Source of the DNA: a bacterium
GTDB lineage: Bacteria > Babelota > Babeliae > Babelales > JAUWHS01
Direction: 5' to 3'
Length of the DNA: 30,934 nucleotides
NCBI GenBank assembly: GCA_043818275.1
Contig: JBDRFY010000027.1
Span: 1-30,934, forward strand
Of the stretch, positions 1 through 9,730 are shown piece by piece. The notes beneath the pieces were generated by a model, which was not told where the DNA came from, made no database searches, and saw only the letters and a list, made by a program, of their open reading frames with translations. Each line of letters begins with the position of its first letter. The stretch's first letter is position 1. The translations under genes and the position numbers were made by a program.

Positions 1-441
1 ATGTCTTACTCCTGGATAATTTTGCCGTTAAGCAAACTGCTTATGTGGAATCAAATTGATTTAATGCAGGTTAATTGGCCAAAACTATTTTTGATATACA
101 TTGTAATGAGTTTTTTTATCGGATTTTTTTCTTTGTTTGTAGTCAGTTTTATCAAGGGAATGAAAAATATCGGTATTGTGACCATGAGAATTTTGTTTCC
201 ATTATGGTTTTTGGGTGGTTCGCAATTTTCATGGAAATTTTTATATTCAGTTTTCCCAAATGTTGCATATCTTACCTTTTTAAATCCCATGATTTATGGA
301 ATGGAAGGTGTTCATGCCGCAACATTAAACGCAAATGATTATCTTTCATTTTGGATTTGTGTTGGTATGTTAATTTTATTTTCTTTTATTTTTGCAATGT
401 TTGGAATTAAAAGATTAAAAAAACGTTTAGATTTTATTTAA
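1..441 (+). CDS. ABC-2 type transporter permease, C-terminal part (5' end outside the window)
   Basis: Several hydrophobic segments and the ABC-2 permease C-terminal pattern FPLWFLGG...LNPMIYGMEG; the frame is open from the window edge. Confidence 0.8.
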   Translation: MSYSWIILPLSKLLMWNQIDLMQVNWPKLFLIYIVMSFFIGFFSLFVVSFIKGMKNIGIVTMRILFPLWFLGGSQFSWKFLYSVFPNVAYLTFLNPMIYGMEGVHAATLNANDYLSFWICVGMLILFSFIFAMFGIKRLKKRLDFI

Positions 442-457
442 TTTGGAAGGACTGAAT

Positions 458-1210
458 ATGGAAAATAAAAAATTATTTTATGTTTTGTTGGCTGCGAGCA
501 CGTTTGGGTTGTTGTGTGTTTATTCGTATGCTTTTACTTTAACAAATGTTTCAATAACTCCTTTAATGATGTATGTGTTTTTTCCGTTGCAAATATTGTT
601 TAATATGGCTTTTTTTGCTGCGGTGATTTTAATTGGATTAGCTCTGTCAAAAAAAGTTGGGTTAGGTACACCTGTTTTAGAAAAACTTTTGCAGGGTGAA
701 AAAGTTGAAAATTTTAAATCAATAGTTAAAAAATCTATTTTTTGGGGAGCAATTTCGTGGTTGTTAATTAATATTACAGAATCAATTTTTGTAGTTTTTT
801 GTCCGGAATTATTGAATTTGGCAAAAACAGCCCCAAAGCCATCAGCGTTACAAGGCTTTTTTGCTTCTTTTTATGGAGGAATTTCTGAAGAAATTTTACT
901 TCGATTATTTTTAATGACCCTTTTAGTTTGGTTGTTTTACAAAATTAAAAAATCAGATTTAAGTGTTTGGTTTGCAATTTTGATTTCAGCAATTCTTTTT
1001 GGTCTTGGACATTTGCCAGCAACTGCAAAAATTGTTCCACTAACAACCTGTATAGTTTTTCGCGCAATTGTTTTAAATGGTGTTGTTGGCATTGTTTATG
1101 GCTGGCTTTATTGGAAAAAGGGATTGTTGTCTGCGATGATTGCGCATTTTACTACCGATATTATTATGCATGCATTATTGCCATTGATAGCCTCAATGTT
1201 TGTAAAATAA
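458..1210 (+). CDS. CPBP (CAAX protease/Abi) family intramembrane metalloprotease
   Basis: Motifs SEEILLR, FGLGH and AMIAHFTTD in a multi-TM protein; ATG at 458 follows GGAAGGA. Confidence 0.9.
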   Translation: MENKKLFYVLLAASTFGLLCVYSYAFTLTNVSITPLMMYVFFPLQILFNMAFFAAVILIGLALSKKVGLGTPVLEKLLQGEKVENFKSIVKKSIFWGAISWLLINITESIFVVFCPELLNLAKTAPKPSALQGFFASFYGGISEEILLRLFLMTLLVWLFYKIKKSDLSVWFAILISAILFGLGHLPATAKIVPLTTCIVFRAIVLNGVVGIVYGWLYWKKGLLSAMIAHFTTDIIMHALLPLIASMFVK

Positions 1211-1224
1211 ATTAAAGGGTCAAA

Positions 1225-2025
1225 ATGAAAAATAAAAAAAAGTTACTTGGAAAAGTCTCTGATATGTGGAATGAAGCAGCAGATATTTGGGCAGAACATG
1301 TTGGCAAAGGTTATGATATTTATCGTGATGAATTTAATAATCCAAATTTTTTAAAATTTATTGGCAGCATAAAAAACAAAAAGGTTTTAGATGCTGGTTG
1401 TGGAGAAGGGCGTAACACAAGATTGTTTGCCAGAATGGGAGCAACCATTACGGCGGTTGACCTTTCAGAAAAGATGATTGAATTTGCAAGAAAAGAAGAA
1501 CAAAAGAATCCGTTGGGCATTGATTATCATATAGGTTCAATGACAGATTTATCTTTTTTGGAGCAGAAATCTTTTGATGTTGTAATTTCAACAATGGCAT
1601 TGATGGATTGTCCTGATTATGAAAATTCAATAAAAGAATTTTATAAAGTGTTAAAAAGTGGTGGAGAACTATTTTTTAATATTTGTCATCCATGTTTTAT
1701 GACAAAAGGCTATGGTTGGATTGAAGAATCAGAAAATGAAAAAACTAAATACAAACTTTTAGTATCTGATTATTTTGAAAAAGAATCGTGGTTAAATAAA
1801 TGGAAATTTTCACATAATCCAGAAAAAGAAAAACAAGAAGAATTTGAAATACCGTTTTTTAGTAGAACAATTTCTGAATATATAAATATTTTAATTGAAA
1901 ATGGTTTTGTTATTAAGAAACTTTGTGAGCCAAAGCCAGACAAGGAATTAGCAGAAAAATATTCCGGTTTAAAAAAATGGCAAGAAGCGGCGCCATTTTT
2001 ATATATTCATGCTGTGAAGCTTTAA
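1225..2025 (+). CDS. Class I SAM-dependent methyltransferase
   Basis: Motif I VLDAGCGEG, AVDLSEKMI, SFDVVIS and LKSGG. Confidence 0.9.
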   Translation: MKNKKKLLGKVSDMWNEAADIWAEHVGKGYDIYRDEFNNPNFLKFIGSIKNKKVLDAGCGEGRNTRLFARMGATITAVDLSEKMIEFARKEEQKNPLGIDYHIGSMTDLSFLEQKSFDVVISTMALMDCPDYENSIKEFYKVLKSGGELFFNICHPCFMTKGYGWIEESENEKTKYKLLVSDYFEKESWLNKWKFSHNPEKEKQEEFEIPFFSRTISEYINILIENGFVIKKLCEPKPDKELAEKYSGLKKWQEAAPFLYIHAVKL

Positions 2026-2029
2026 AAAA

Positions 2030-2368
2030 CTATTTACCTCGTTGTAACGCTGCAGCATAATTAAATTGATAAAAATAATTTTGCCATTGTTCATCGGTTG
2101 TTTTGTATTCATTGTCATAAATAAAATGATCGACAAGAGCTTCACGAGTTCGCAAAATTTCTTTGAGTCGTGGTCCCCTGTTTTTAGGATCTGTGATTGT
2201 GAAATCAAGTAATTCTAATGCTCGTTCAAATGCGTGCTTGCTATATTCGAGATTGCCTTTTTTTCCCCATCTAATTGTGCGTTCAATATCCATGCCTACA
2301 TTTGCAAGTTGTTCGCAAAGAGAAAATTTGAACCACTTTCCTTCAGCTTGTTTTTTATGAATTATCAT
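2030..2368 (-). CDS. Small helical hypothetical protein, coupled to the upstream DUF5674 gene
   Basis: 112 aa, WFKFSLCEQLANVG...RALELLDFT...RTRE; ATGA start/stop overlap with 2365..2709. Confidence 0.75.
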   Translation of the reverse strand: MIIHKKQAEGKWFKFSLCEQLANVGMDIERTIRWGKKGNLEYSKHAFERALELLDFTITDPKNRGPRLKEILRTREALVDHFIYDNEYKTTDEQWQNYFYQFNYAAALQRGK

Positions 2369-2709
2369 TTTGTCACCAATTTATTAACTATTTTTTTAAT
2401 TATTTCTTGAATTTTTGGATCATCAACTCCGCGACTTTTATTTCCCCATGATGGACGTAGATTTATCATTGAATCAAATTCTATCCATTCTTCAGAATTT
2501 TTTTCTTCTGGATGTAGATTTATACCCCAAAGATTGTTTTGTTCTGATCCACTTTCTAATAATAAAGCTTCTTCATCGGCATGCATATCTGCATCTACTA
2601 CCATGATTTCTTTTTCTATATCCACAACAGCTTTGACCATGTCACCAAACATTTTTTCAGCCATTTTTTTTAATTCTTCAAGCGTTACTTGTTCTTTTAC
2701 AATTTTCAT
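2365..2709 (-). CDS. DUF5674 family protein
   Basis: Recognised pattern VKAVVDIEK...HADEEALLLESGS.Q.NLWGIN...FDSMINLRPS.GN.SR; ATG at 2709 follows AAAGGA (the ORF track extends to 2751). Confidence 0.75.
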   Translation of the reverse strand: MKIVKEQVTLEELKKMAEKMFGDMVKAVVDIEKEIMVVDADMHADEEALLLESGSEQNNLWGINLHPEEKNSEEWIEFDSMINLRPSWGNKSRGVDDPKIQEIIKKIVNKLVTK

Positions 2710-2818
2710 TATTAATCCTTTTTTATTTATTTTAATGTAAATTGTTTTCAATTTATCAAAACCTAGTTATTCGTCTATTATGTTTGAAGTTAATTTAAAT
2801 AAGGATTTTTAGCACGTT

Positions 2819-2846
2819 TTGTCATCCTGAACTTGTTTCAGGATCC
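2819..2846 (+). repeat. Family A short palindromic REP-like element, intact copy
   Basis: ttgtcATCCTGAA-cttgt-TTCAGGATcc: 8-bp perfect stem; related copies at 11573, 15427, 15505/15785 and 23151/23413. Confidence 0.85.
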
Positions 2847-3063
2847 ATGTTTGAAATTTTGTTTGGCTTTGTTTTTGTAAAAAGATTTATTAAAAAAATT
2901 AGAGCTGCTAAAAATTGTGATTAGTTTAAATGAATAAAGAATCTTGATGGTAGTTATTGTGATTTGGAATTGTACGCGATTTTAAAAGAAGATTTGGAAA
3001 AGAAAGAATGTTAATGTTTATAGTGTGAAACTTTTAAATTTCAAATGATTAGAAAGGAAATTA

Positions 3064-3285
3064 ATGAAATTGACTGGTTATATAGAAAGAGATCCGGAAA
3101 CAAATATGTATATAGCGATTGTTCCTTCTATTCCAGGAGCGCATACTCAAGCAGAAAGTTGGGATGAGTTACACAAAAATCTAAAAGAGGTTGTAGAGCT
3201 TTGTCTTCAGGAAATGTCTCCCGAAGAAAAAAAAATGCTACCAGAGTTTGTAGGTTTACAACAAATGGATATTTCAATTGAATAA
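3064..3285 (+). CDS. hicB: HicB family antitoxin (short, no obvious DNA-binding domain)
   Basis: YIAIVPSIPGAHTQAESWDEL..NLKEVVELCL is the HicB partial RNase H fold signature. Confidence 0.85.
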   Translation: MKLTGYIERDPETNMYIAIVPSIPGAHTQAESWDELHKNLKEVVELCLQEMSPEEKKMLPEFVGLQQMDISIE

Positions 3286-3511
3286 ACTTTACTTACCAAA
3301 AGCAAAAAATCTGGAAAAGATTTTGCTTTTTCTTGGATTTATAAAAACAAGGCAAAAAGGAAGTCATATTTTTTATAAACATCCCGATGGAAGGGTAACA
3401 ACCGTTCCATACCATAAAGGCAAAGATATAACGCGACTTTTATTAAGAGCAATTTTAAGAGAAATTGATCTTAGTACAGATGAGTTTGATAAAATACGTG
3501 AAAAAATTTAA
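3278..3511 (+). CDS. hicA: HicA family mRNA interferase toxin
   Basis: LGF...RQKGSH..YKHPDGRVTTVPYH...LLRAILRE; TTG start overlapping the end of hicB. Confidence 0.9.
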   Translation: MNKLYLPKAKNLEKILLFLGFIKTRQKGSHIFYKHPDGRVTTVPYHKGKDITRLLLRAILREIDLSTDEFDKIREKI

Positions 3512-3524
3512 TTTAGGTTTTCTT

Positions 3525-4118
3525 ATGAATCAAGAAATAGAAATAAAAATTCAAATAAATTCAGAACAGTTAAAACTTTTAAAGAGTTGGCTTGATATAA
3601 ATGCAAAATTTGTTGGGCAACTTGAACATGAAGAATATTATCTAGATAATCCGAATGATTCTTTTTTATTTACGGCTCCGCAGGGATACAAAGATGCGCA
3701 TAAATATTTTCGTGTGCGTTTAACTTCAAATGGCGATTCTGCTTGTTTTAAAAGTTTTTATTTTGATGAAAATGGAAAAGCAACGCATTGCGATGAAACA
3801 GAAATAAAGCTTGTTGATGGCAAAAAAACTTTACAATTACTTAAAGAAATTGGTTTTACCGATCAGACATTAATGCATAAAGTTCGTAAAACTTTTATTG
3901 TTGATGGTTATGAAATAGTTATAGATGATGTAAAAAATCTTGGCGTTTTCGTTGAAATTGAAATAAAGCATCAAGTTGATAATGTAAAAGCTGGATTGCA
4001 GGGTATTAATAATTTATTACAAAAAATTGGAATTACAGAATTTCAAAAGCAAGAACGTGGATATGTATCAATGCTCTGGAATCCAGATTATGATTTTGGG
4101 GAAGAAATTAATTTGTAA
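3525..4118 (+). CDS. CYTH domain protein (class IV adenylate cyclase/triphosphate tunnel metalloenzyme)
   Basis: N-terminal EIEIK (ExExK), YFRVR, KVRK, DDVKNLGVFVEIE and GYV; ATG at 3525. Confidence 0.85.
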   Translation: MNQEIEIKIQINSEQLKLLKSWLDINAKFVGQLEHEEYYLDNPNDSFLFTAPQGYKDAHKYFRVRLTSNGDSACFKSFYFDENGKATHCDETEIKLVDGKKTLQLLKEIGFTDQTLMHKVRKTFIVDGYEIVIDDVKNLGVFVEIEIKHQVDNVKAGLQGINNLLQKIGITEFQKQERGYVSMLWNPDYDFGEEINL

Positions 4119-4146
4119 TTATTTTTGGGGAATTAGGGAATAAAAT

Positions 4147-4749
4147 ATGAGAATCAGAACACACACAAATCCGTTTAATTGTACAAACCGGTTTGAAAAA
4201 CTGAATCTAAAAAACATTTCACATTTTAAAGGTAAATTAGATTTAGAAATTGGTTTTGGGCAAAGTTCATTTATTTTAAATCATGCGTTAAAAAATCCGG
4301 AATCCTTTATTGTTGGAGTTGAGGTCAGAAAAAAAGCTGTAGAATTAATGGAAGAAAAAATAAAAAATCAGAACATTGAAAATGTATGTGTGTTTCATGG
4401 TAATGGTAATATTTGTTTGTCTGACATGTTTGAAGATAAAAGTTTGGATAATATTTTTATCTTTCATCCCGATCCCTGGATGAAAAATAGGCACAATAAC
4501 CGTAGATTAATTAATGAAGATTTTTTAAATTTGGCAGGAAAGAAATTAAAAAAAGAAGGGAAAATTTTTGTAGCTACAGATGTTGAAGAATTGTGGCAGG
4601 AGATTAAAAAAGTTTTTTCAAAAAATAAAAATTTTACTGAAATAAAAATGGATGAATTTTGGACAGAATATTATTCTGGCCGTTGGGATGAGATTAGTAA
4701 GCAAAAAGGTAAAGCGATTTTTTATGCAACTTTTAAAGCTGTAAATTAA
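4147..4749 (+). CDS. trmB: tRNA (guanine-N7)-methyltransferase
   Basis: R.RTHTNP, LEIGFG, GVEVR, FHPDPWMKNRH..RR and ATDV. Confidence 0.93.
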   Translation: MRIRTHTNPFNCTNRFEKLNLKNISHFKGKLDLEIGFGQSSFILNHALKNPESFIVGVEVRKKAVELMEEKIKNQNIENVCVFHGNGNICLSDMFEDKSLDNIFIFHPDPWMKNRHNNRRLINEDFLNLAGKKLKKEGKIFVATDVEELWQEIKKVFSKNKNFTEIKMDEFWTEYYSGRWDEISKQKGKAIFYATFKAVN

Positions 4750-4851
4750 AAACTAATCAATACAATTATGGATAATTCTTTATAATTTTTTGTTTTTGCG
4801 AATTTTGCTAATCTTTATCCGTATAACTTTTTTTAAATATTAGGATGAAAA

Positions 4852-5670
4852 ATGTTTCCAAGAATTCTTCATATTTATGGTCCGTTGTGGATAAATAGCT
4901 ATGGTGTAATGATAGCTATAGGTTTTTTAGTTTTTATGTATCTTTTTTATAAAGATAAGAAGCGCAAACAAATTATTGATGATGAATTATTTTTTAATAC
5001 AGTTTTTTATGGATTGATTGCAGGAATTGTTGGCGGAAGATTATTTGCAGTTGTTACAGATTTTGAATTATTTAGGCACAATCTGATAGAAATATTTTAT
5101 CCGTGGGTTGGTGGGTTTGGAATTACAGGCTCAATTTTAGGCGTTTTATTTTTTGAATATTTTTATTTGAAAAAAAATAATATTGCAGTTTTACCATTAT
5201 TTGATCGGGCAGTAATTTATGCTCCACTGATGCAATCAATTGCGCGGTGGGGATGTTTTTTTGCCGGTTGTTGCTATGGCAAAGTTTCTCAAAATTGCGC
5301 ATATTCTGTTGTTTTTACAAATAAAGAAGGGTTAGCACCGCTTAATGTCCCTCTTCATCCAACACAACTTTATTTTAGTTTTGCATCATTTTTAATTTTT
5401 TTATTAATGTATTTTTTCTTTCAAAAAAAATTTTCAAAAAATGGACAGCTTCTGTTTATTTATTTAACCTTGGAAAGCATTTCACGCTTTTATTTGGATT
5501 TTTATCGTGGTGACCGGGAAATTGACTTTATAAAATGTTTTGGTCCAGTTTGTTTTGAATTATCTAAAATACAGGTTATATCATTTGTGATTTTTATTTT
5601 TGCAATAATTGGATTAGTGTTAGTCACTGTTGTTCGATTGTCTAATAAAAGATTGTCTAATAAAAATTGA
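4852..5670 (+). CDS. lgt: Prolipoprotein diacylglyceryl transferase
   Basis: SYGVMIAIG, GGRL, ARWGCFFAGCCYG, HPTQLY and RFYLDFYRGD. Confidence 0.93.
   Translation: MFPRILHIYGPLWINSYGVMIAIGFLVFMYLFYKDKKRKQIIDDELFFNTVFYGLIAGIVGGRLFAVVTDFELFRHNLIEIFYPWVGGFGITGSILGVLFFEYFYLKKNNIAVLPLFDRAVIYAPLMQSIARWGCFFAGCCYGKVSQNCAYSVVFTNKEGLAPLNVPLHPTQLYFSFASFLIFLLMYFFFQKKFSKNGQLLFIYLTLESISRFYLDFYRGDREIDFIKCFGPVCFELSKIQVISFVIFIFAIIGLVLVTVVRLSNKRLSNKN
5636..5665 (+). repeat. Perfect 15-bp tandem duplication at the 3' end of lgt
   Basis: gattgtctaataaaa occurs twice (5636-5650 and 5651-5665), giving RLSNK-RLSNK. Confidence 0.9.
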
Positions 5671-5720
5671 AAAAAAATTTCATAAAAAATTTCTAAGTTT
5701 TGGGCGAACGGAAAAAATGC

Positions 5721-7526
5721 ATGACCCTTTTTGATTTTGTAAAAAATAATCTTTCAATAATTGAGATTATTTCTGAATATGTTCAGCTCAAACCTGCCGG
5801 TAGTTATTATAAAGCTCCTTGTCCTTTTCATTCAGAAACAGAAGGTTCTTTTACTGTTAGTCCGGATAAACAAATTTTTTATTGCTTTGGTTGTCAGGCC
5901 GGAGGTGATTTAATTTCGTTTATTGCAAAAATAGAAAATTTAAGTCAGATAGAAGCTGTAAAGTTTTTAATTGATAAATATAATCTGCAAATTCCGGATG
6001 AAATACAAAAAAATAACTTTAATGATTTACAAAAAAATTCAGGGCAAAAAGATCTTTGTTTTAAAGTTAATCAGGCTATAGCCGATTTTTCTCATGAAAC
6101 ATTACTAAAATCAGATATTGCGCGAAGTTATCTGGAAAACAGAAAAATAGATTTAAAAATAATTAAACATTTTTCAATTGGCTATTTTCCGGGCGGAGTA
6201 CGTTTTATAAATTCTTTTATGAAAAAGTTGGCATCACAGGGGATAATGTTAAAAGATTTGCTTGAAAATGGGTTTTTATTTCAGGGGCGAAACGTAATTT
6301 ATTCTTCTTTTGAAGAGCGTATTTTATTTCCAATAAAAGATGTAATGGGTCGTTATGTTGGTTTTGGAGGAAGAATTTTTAAACCAGGGGATGATCGGGC
6401 AAAGTATTATAACAGTAAAGATTCAGACTGGTTTTCAAAGGGTAAGATTCTTTTTGGACTGGATAGCGCAAAAAAAGATATGCAAAAAAAGGGATGTGCT
6501 TATCTGGTTGAAGGTTATACAGATTGTGTTGCAATGGTTCAACATGGTTATAAAAATACAGTTGCAACCCTGGGTACTGCCTGCACAATAGATCATTTAA
6601 AGACTTTGTCCCGTTATATTGATGAATTATTTGTTTTGTATGATGGTGATGATGCAGGTCAAAAAGCGATTGTCCGATTAACACAACTTTGTTGGGATGT
6701 GGATTTAGATTTAAAGGTTGTAAAATTGCCAAAATCAGATGATCCGGCTTCACTTTTAACCAAAAATGAAAATTTTGATTTTACACAAAACAGTATGGAT
6801 ATTTTTTCATTTTTTATAGAATCGGTTGGTAGTGATTTTTCAAATAAAACATTGTCTGAAAAACTAAAAATGAGTGAAAAAATTGTGGAAGTGATATCTA
6901 ATATAAATAACTCATTTAAGCAGGATTTGTTGTTGCAACAGGCCAGCAGGGTTACCCAGGTTCCATTTGATTCACTTAAAAGCTTAATGAAATCTTTTTC
7001 ATTTGGTTACAAGAAGAATTTTTCAGCCGGAAAAGAAGAAACTGTTTTAGAAAAACAAAGTTGCGAGCAAAGGGATCAGCTTGACGGATTTGAGGCAGTT
7101 TCCTTGCTGGAAGAAAAGATTTTTTCTGCTATAATGAATAGCATAGGTAAAAATGAGCGTTTTTGGGTTGAAGAAGATTTAATTTCTTTTTTTTCCGTAA
7201 AAATTCAAATTCTTTTACAGAAACTTGATACTTTGATAAAAAATTTTGGGGCGAACAGTAATTTTTCATTGTTTCTTGATAGTCTTGATGAAGCTAGTAA
7301 AAAATGGGTTTTAAAAGTTTGTTTAAAATTTGAAGAAGAAGTTTCGTTAGATTATTTTCAGCAATTAAATTTACAATTCCGAAAAGTTAACTGGAAGCAA
7401 ATTCTTCAGGGTATTAAATTTGAGATTTTAAAAGCAAAGCAAAATGATAATAAAAAAGAGTTACAAATTTTATTAAAAAAATATTCAGAAATAAAAAAAG
7501 AAATTCAGGTTAGGGGGTTGATATGA
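5721..7526 (+). CDS. dnaG: DNA primase
   Basis: Zinc-binding CPFH...CFGC, FGGR, KYYNS, TOPRIM motifs VEGYTD and YDGDDAG; ATGA overlap with rpoD. Confidence 0.97.
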   Translation: MTLFDFVKNNLSIIEIISEYVQLKPAGSYYKAPCPFHSETEGSFTVSPDKQIFYCFGCQAGGDLISFIAKIENLSQIEAVKFLIDKYNLQIPDEIQKNNFNDLQKNSGQKDLCFKVNQAIADFSHETLLKSDIARSYLENRKIDLKIIKHFSIGYFPGGVRFINSFMKKLASQGIMLKDLLENGFLFQGRNVIYSSFEERILFPIKDVMGRYVGFGGRIFKPGDDRAKYYNSKDSDWFSKGKILFGLDSAKKDMQKKGCAYLVEGYTDCVAMVQHGYKNTVATLGTACTIDHLKTLSRYIDELFVLYDGDDAGQKAIVRLTQLCWDVDLDLKVVKLPKSDDPASLLTKNENFDFTQNSMDIFSFFIESVGSDFSNKTLSEKLKMSEKIVEVISNINNSFKQDLLLQQASRVTQVPFDSLKSLMKSFSFGYKKNFSAGKEETVLEKQSCEQRDQLDGFEAVSLLEEKIFSAIMNSIGKNERFWVEEDLISFFSVKIQILLQKLDTLIKNFGANSNFSLFLDSLDEASKKWVLKVCLKFEEEVSLDYFQQLNLQFRKVNWKQILQGIKFEILKAKQNDNKKELQILLKKYSEIKKEIQVRGLI

Positions 7527-9697
7527 CCAAAGTCAAAAAAAACAAAAAAGTAAAATCAGTTGCTAAAAAAACTAAAAAAGTTGTTCATACATCAAAAAAA
7601 GCAGCAAAAAAAATATCTAAAACAGCTGTTAAGAAAAAAAAAGCATCTGAAAAAGTTGTTAAAAAAATAGTCAAAGTGGTTAAAAAAGAAGCTAAAATTA
7701 AAAAAGAAAATAAGGTCAAAGAAAAAACTAAAGCGAATGAAACAGAGAAAAAGTCTGGGGTTAGGGCTAAAATTGCAGCAGCGCTAAAAAAATATTTTAA
7801 GGTGGCAAAGAAGAAAAAAGTTAATCAGGTTGAAAAGGCGCCTGTAAGACCAAGGGGAGTAAACCTTAAAAGTATTGATAAGCAGGTTGAGATTATTTTG
7901 GATAAAGGAAGAAGTGAGGGTGTTCTTACTTACGAAGAAGTTTTGGCTTTTGGTCAAAAACATAATTTTGATGAAGAAAATACTTCAGAATTATTAGGTA
8001 TGCTCGAAAAAGAAAATATCGATTTAATTTCTCAGGAAGATTTGGATGTAAGCAGTCCAGATATAGATGCATTGTTAAAGACCGATGATTCATCCGAATC
8101 TTTTGCATCTAAAAATGATATTGAGTCTTCTTTAGAAAAAGTTGATCTTGATGAAGAAGAAGAAGATCTGGAAGAAGATGAACAGGAAAAAGAACTTGAA
8201 AAATTACGACACGCGGTAGAACTGACTCAATTAAATGATCCTGTTAAGTTATATCTTAAAGAGATCGGAAAAATTCCTCTTTTAAATAAAGAAACTGAAA
8301 AAATTATTGCAAATAAAATAGCTGAAGGAAAAAGAGAATCTATCGAGTCAATTTCTCAATTTCCATTTGTTATAAAAGATTTGATGGATGTTGCTGAAAG
8401 ACTGGAAAAGGATAATCTTTTTTTAAAAGAAGTGATCCAATTTTCTGATTTTGATGAAGATAATTCACCTAAATTCGCAGAAGAAGGCAAAAAACTTTCA
8501 GAAACAATAACAAAGATAAAAGAACTTGTTGCTAATGAAGATCAAATTTATAAATCTTATCGTGGAAAGCTTGACAGTGAAGAAAAGAAAAAAGAAATGC
8601 TTTCTAAGGTTGAGCAAAACCGGAAAGAGATTATCAAAGTTGTTCAAAGTATAAAATATTCAAACAAACAAATTCGTAAATTCGGTAAAAAGGTTGAAAA
8701 GCTGGTAAATAAAATTAATGCCAAAGAGCAAGAAATGCTTGTCCTTGATGAAAAATTAAAATTTTATCGCGGAATTAAAAATCCTTCAGAACAAGATTTA
8801 AAACAAATTGAAGAGTTAGACAAAGAATATAGGATGGCAAATAAACTGATTAAAAAAGTTGAGGCTGAAGCAGGGCTTTCTAAAGAAAAAATTCTTAAGA
8901 ATTATCAGAAATTTAAACAGGCGCAGAAAAAAGATAAAGAAGCAAAAGATGATCTTGCGCGCGCAAATTTACGTTTGGTTGTAAATATTGCGAAAAAATA
9001 CATCAATCGCGGATTGCATTTTCTTGATTTAATTCAGGAAGGTAATATTGGCCTTTTAAAAGCGGTTGAAAAATTTGAATTTGAACGTGGATTTAAATTT
9101 TCAACTTACGCGACCTGGTGGATTCGTCAGGCGATAACTCGCGCGATCGCTGATCAGTCAAGAACAATTCGTGTTCCTGTTCACATGGTTGAAACTTTAA
9201 GCAAAATTAATAAAATTAGCAGAATTTATGTTCAGGAAAAAGGACGCGATCCAAGTTTTGCCGAATTGGCAAAAGAATTAAATCTGGATGAAAAAAAGAT
9301 TAAAAATATTGTCAAAATTTCCAAAGAACCGGTTTCTCTTGAAACTCCGGTTGGGGATAGCGAAGATACTTATCTTAAAGATTTTATTGAAGATGAAAAT
9401 GAGTACACACCGGTTGACGCGGTTGTAAATGATGATTTAAAAGAAAAAGTTCGCGAAGTTTTAAAAACATTAACTCCCCGTGAAGAAAAAGTTTTGAAAA
9501 TGCGTTTTGGAATAGATGTCGCGTCAGAGCATACGCTTGAAGAGGTAGGCAAAGATTTTTCTGTTACCCGTGAGCGTATAAGGCAAATTGAAGTAAAAGC
9601 TTTGCGTAAACTTCGTCATCCATCGCGCAGTAAAAAGTTACAGACATTTTTGGAAAGAGAAGATTTTGAAGATGTTCCGATAGATGATATAGAATAA
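7523..9697 (+). CDS. rpoD: RNA polymerase primary sigma factor with a Lys-rich N-terminal extension
   Basis: [53 protein letters not shown] and [17 protein letters not shown]; follows dnaG. Confidence 0.98.
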   Translation: MTKVKKNKKVKSVAKKTKKVVHTSKKAAKKISKTAVKKKKASEKVVKKIVKVVKKEAKIKKENKVKEKTKANETEKKSGVRAKIAAALKKYFKVAKKKKVNQVEKAPVRPRGVNLKSIDKQVEIILDKGRSEGVLTYEEVLAFGQKHNFDEENTSELLGMLEKENIDLISQEDLDVSSPDIDALLKTDDSSESFASKNDIESSLEKVDLDEEEEDLEEDEQEKELEKLRHAVELTQLNDPVKLYLKEIGKIPLLNKETEKIIANKIAEGKRESIESISQFPFVIKDLMDVAERLEKDNLFLKEVIQFSDFDEDNSPKFAEEGKKLSETITKIKELVANEDQIYKSYRGKLDSEEKKKEMLSKVEQNRKEIIKVVQSIKYSNKQIRKFGKKVEKLVNKINAKEQEMLVLDEKLKFYRGIKNPSEQDLKQIEELDKEYRMANKLIKKVEAEAGLSKEKILKNYQKFKQAQKKDKEAKDDLARANLRLVVNIAKKYINRGLHFLDLIQEGNIGLLKAVEKFEFERGFKFSTYATWWIRQAITRAIADQSRTIRVPVHMVETLSKINKISRIYVQEKGRDPSFAELAKELNLDEKKIKNIVKISKEPVSLETPVGDSEDTYLKDFIEDENEYTPVDAVVNDDLKEKVREVLKTLTPREEKVLKMRFGIDVASEHTLEEVGKDFSVTRERIRQIEVKALRKLRHPSRSKKLQTFLEREDFEDVPIDDIE

Positions 9698-9730
9698 AAA
9701 AAAGGCCGGAAATTTCCGGCCTTTTTTTTT
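9696..9730. terminator. Bidirectional intrinsic terminator between convergent rpoD and phospholipase genes
   Basis: A8-ggccggaaatttccggcc-T9, a perfect palindrome. Confidence 0.9.

Noticed and set aside
5636..5665. 15-bp tandem duplication as a contingency locus
   Set aside because: Only two units, in frame, in the C-terminal tail; most likely neutral slippage.
5673..5711. aaatttcataaaaaatttct...gggcgaacgg between lgt and dnaG, resembling the right arm of family B
   Set aside because: Only a 10-nt GC match plus low-complexity A/T sequence and no partner arm; it may be a decayed remnant but I cannot support it.
7058..7082. aagttg-cgagcaaagggat-cagctt in the dnaG linker as an in-frame palindromic insertion
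   Set aside because: A 6-bp stem with a wobble pair is within chance expectation; an orthologue alignment is needed.
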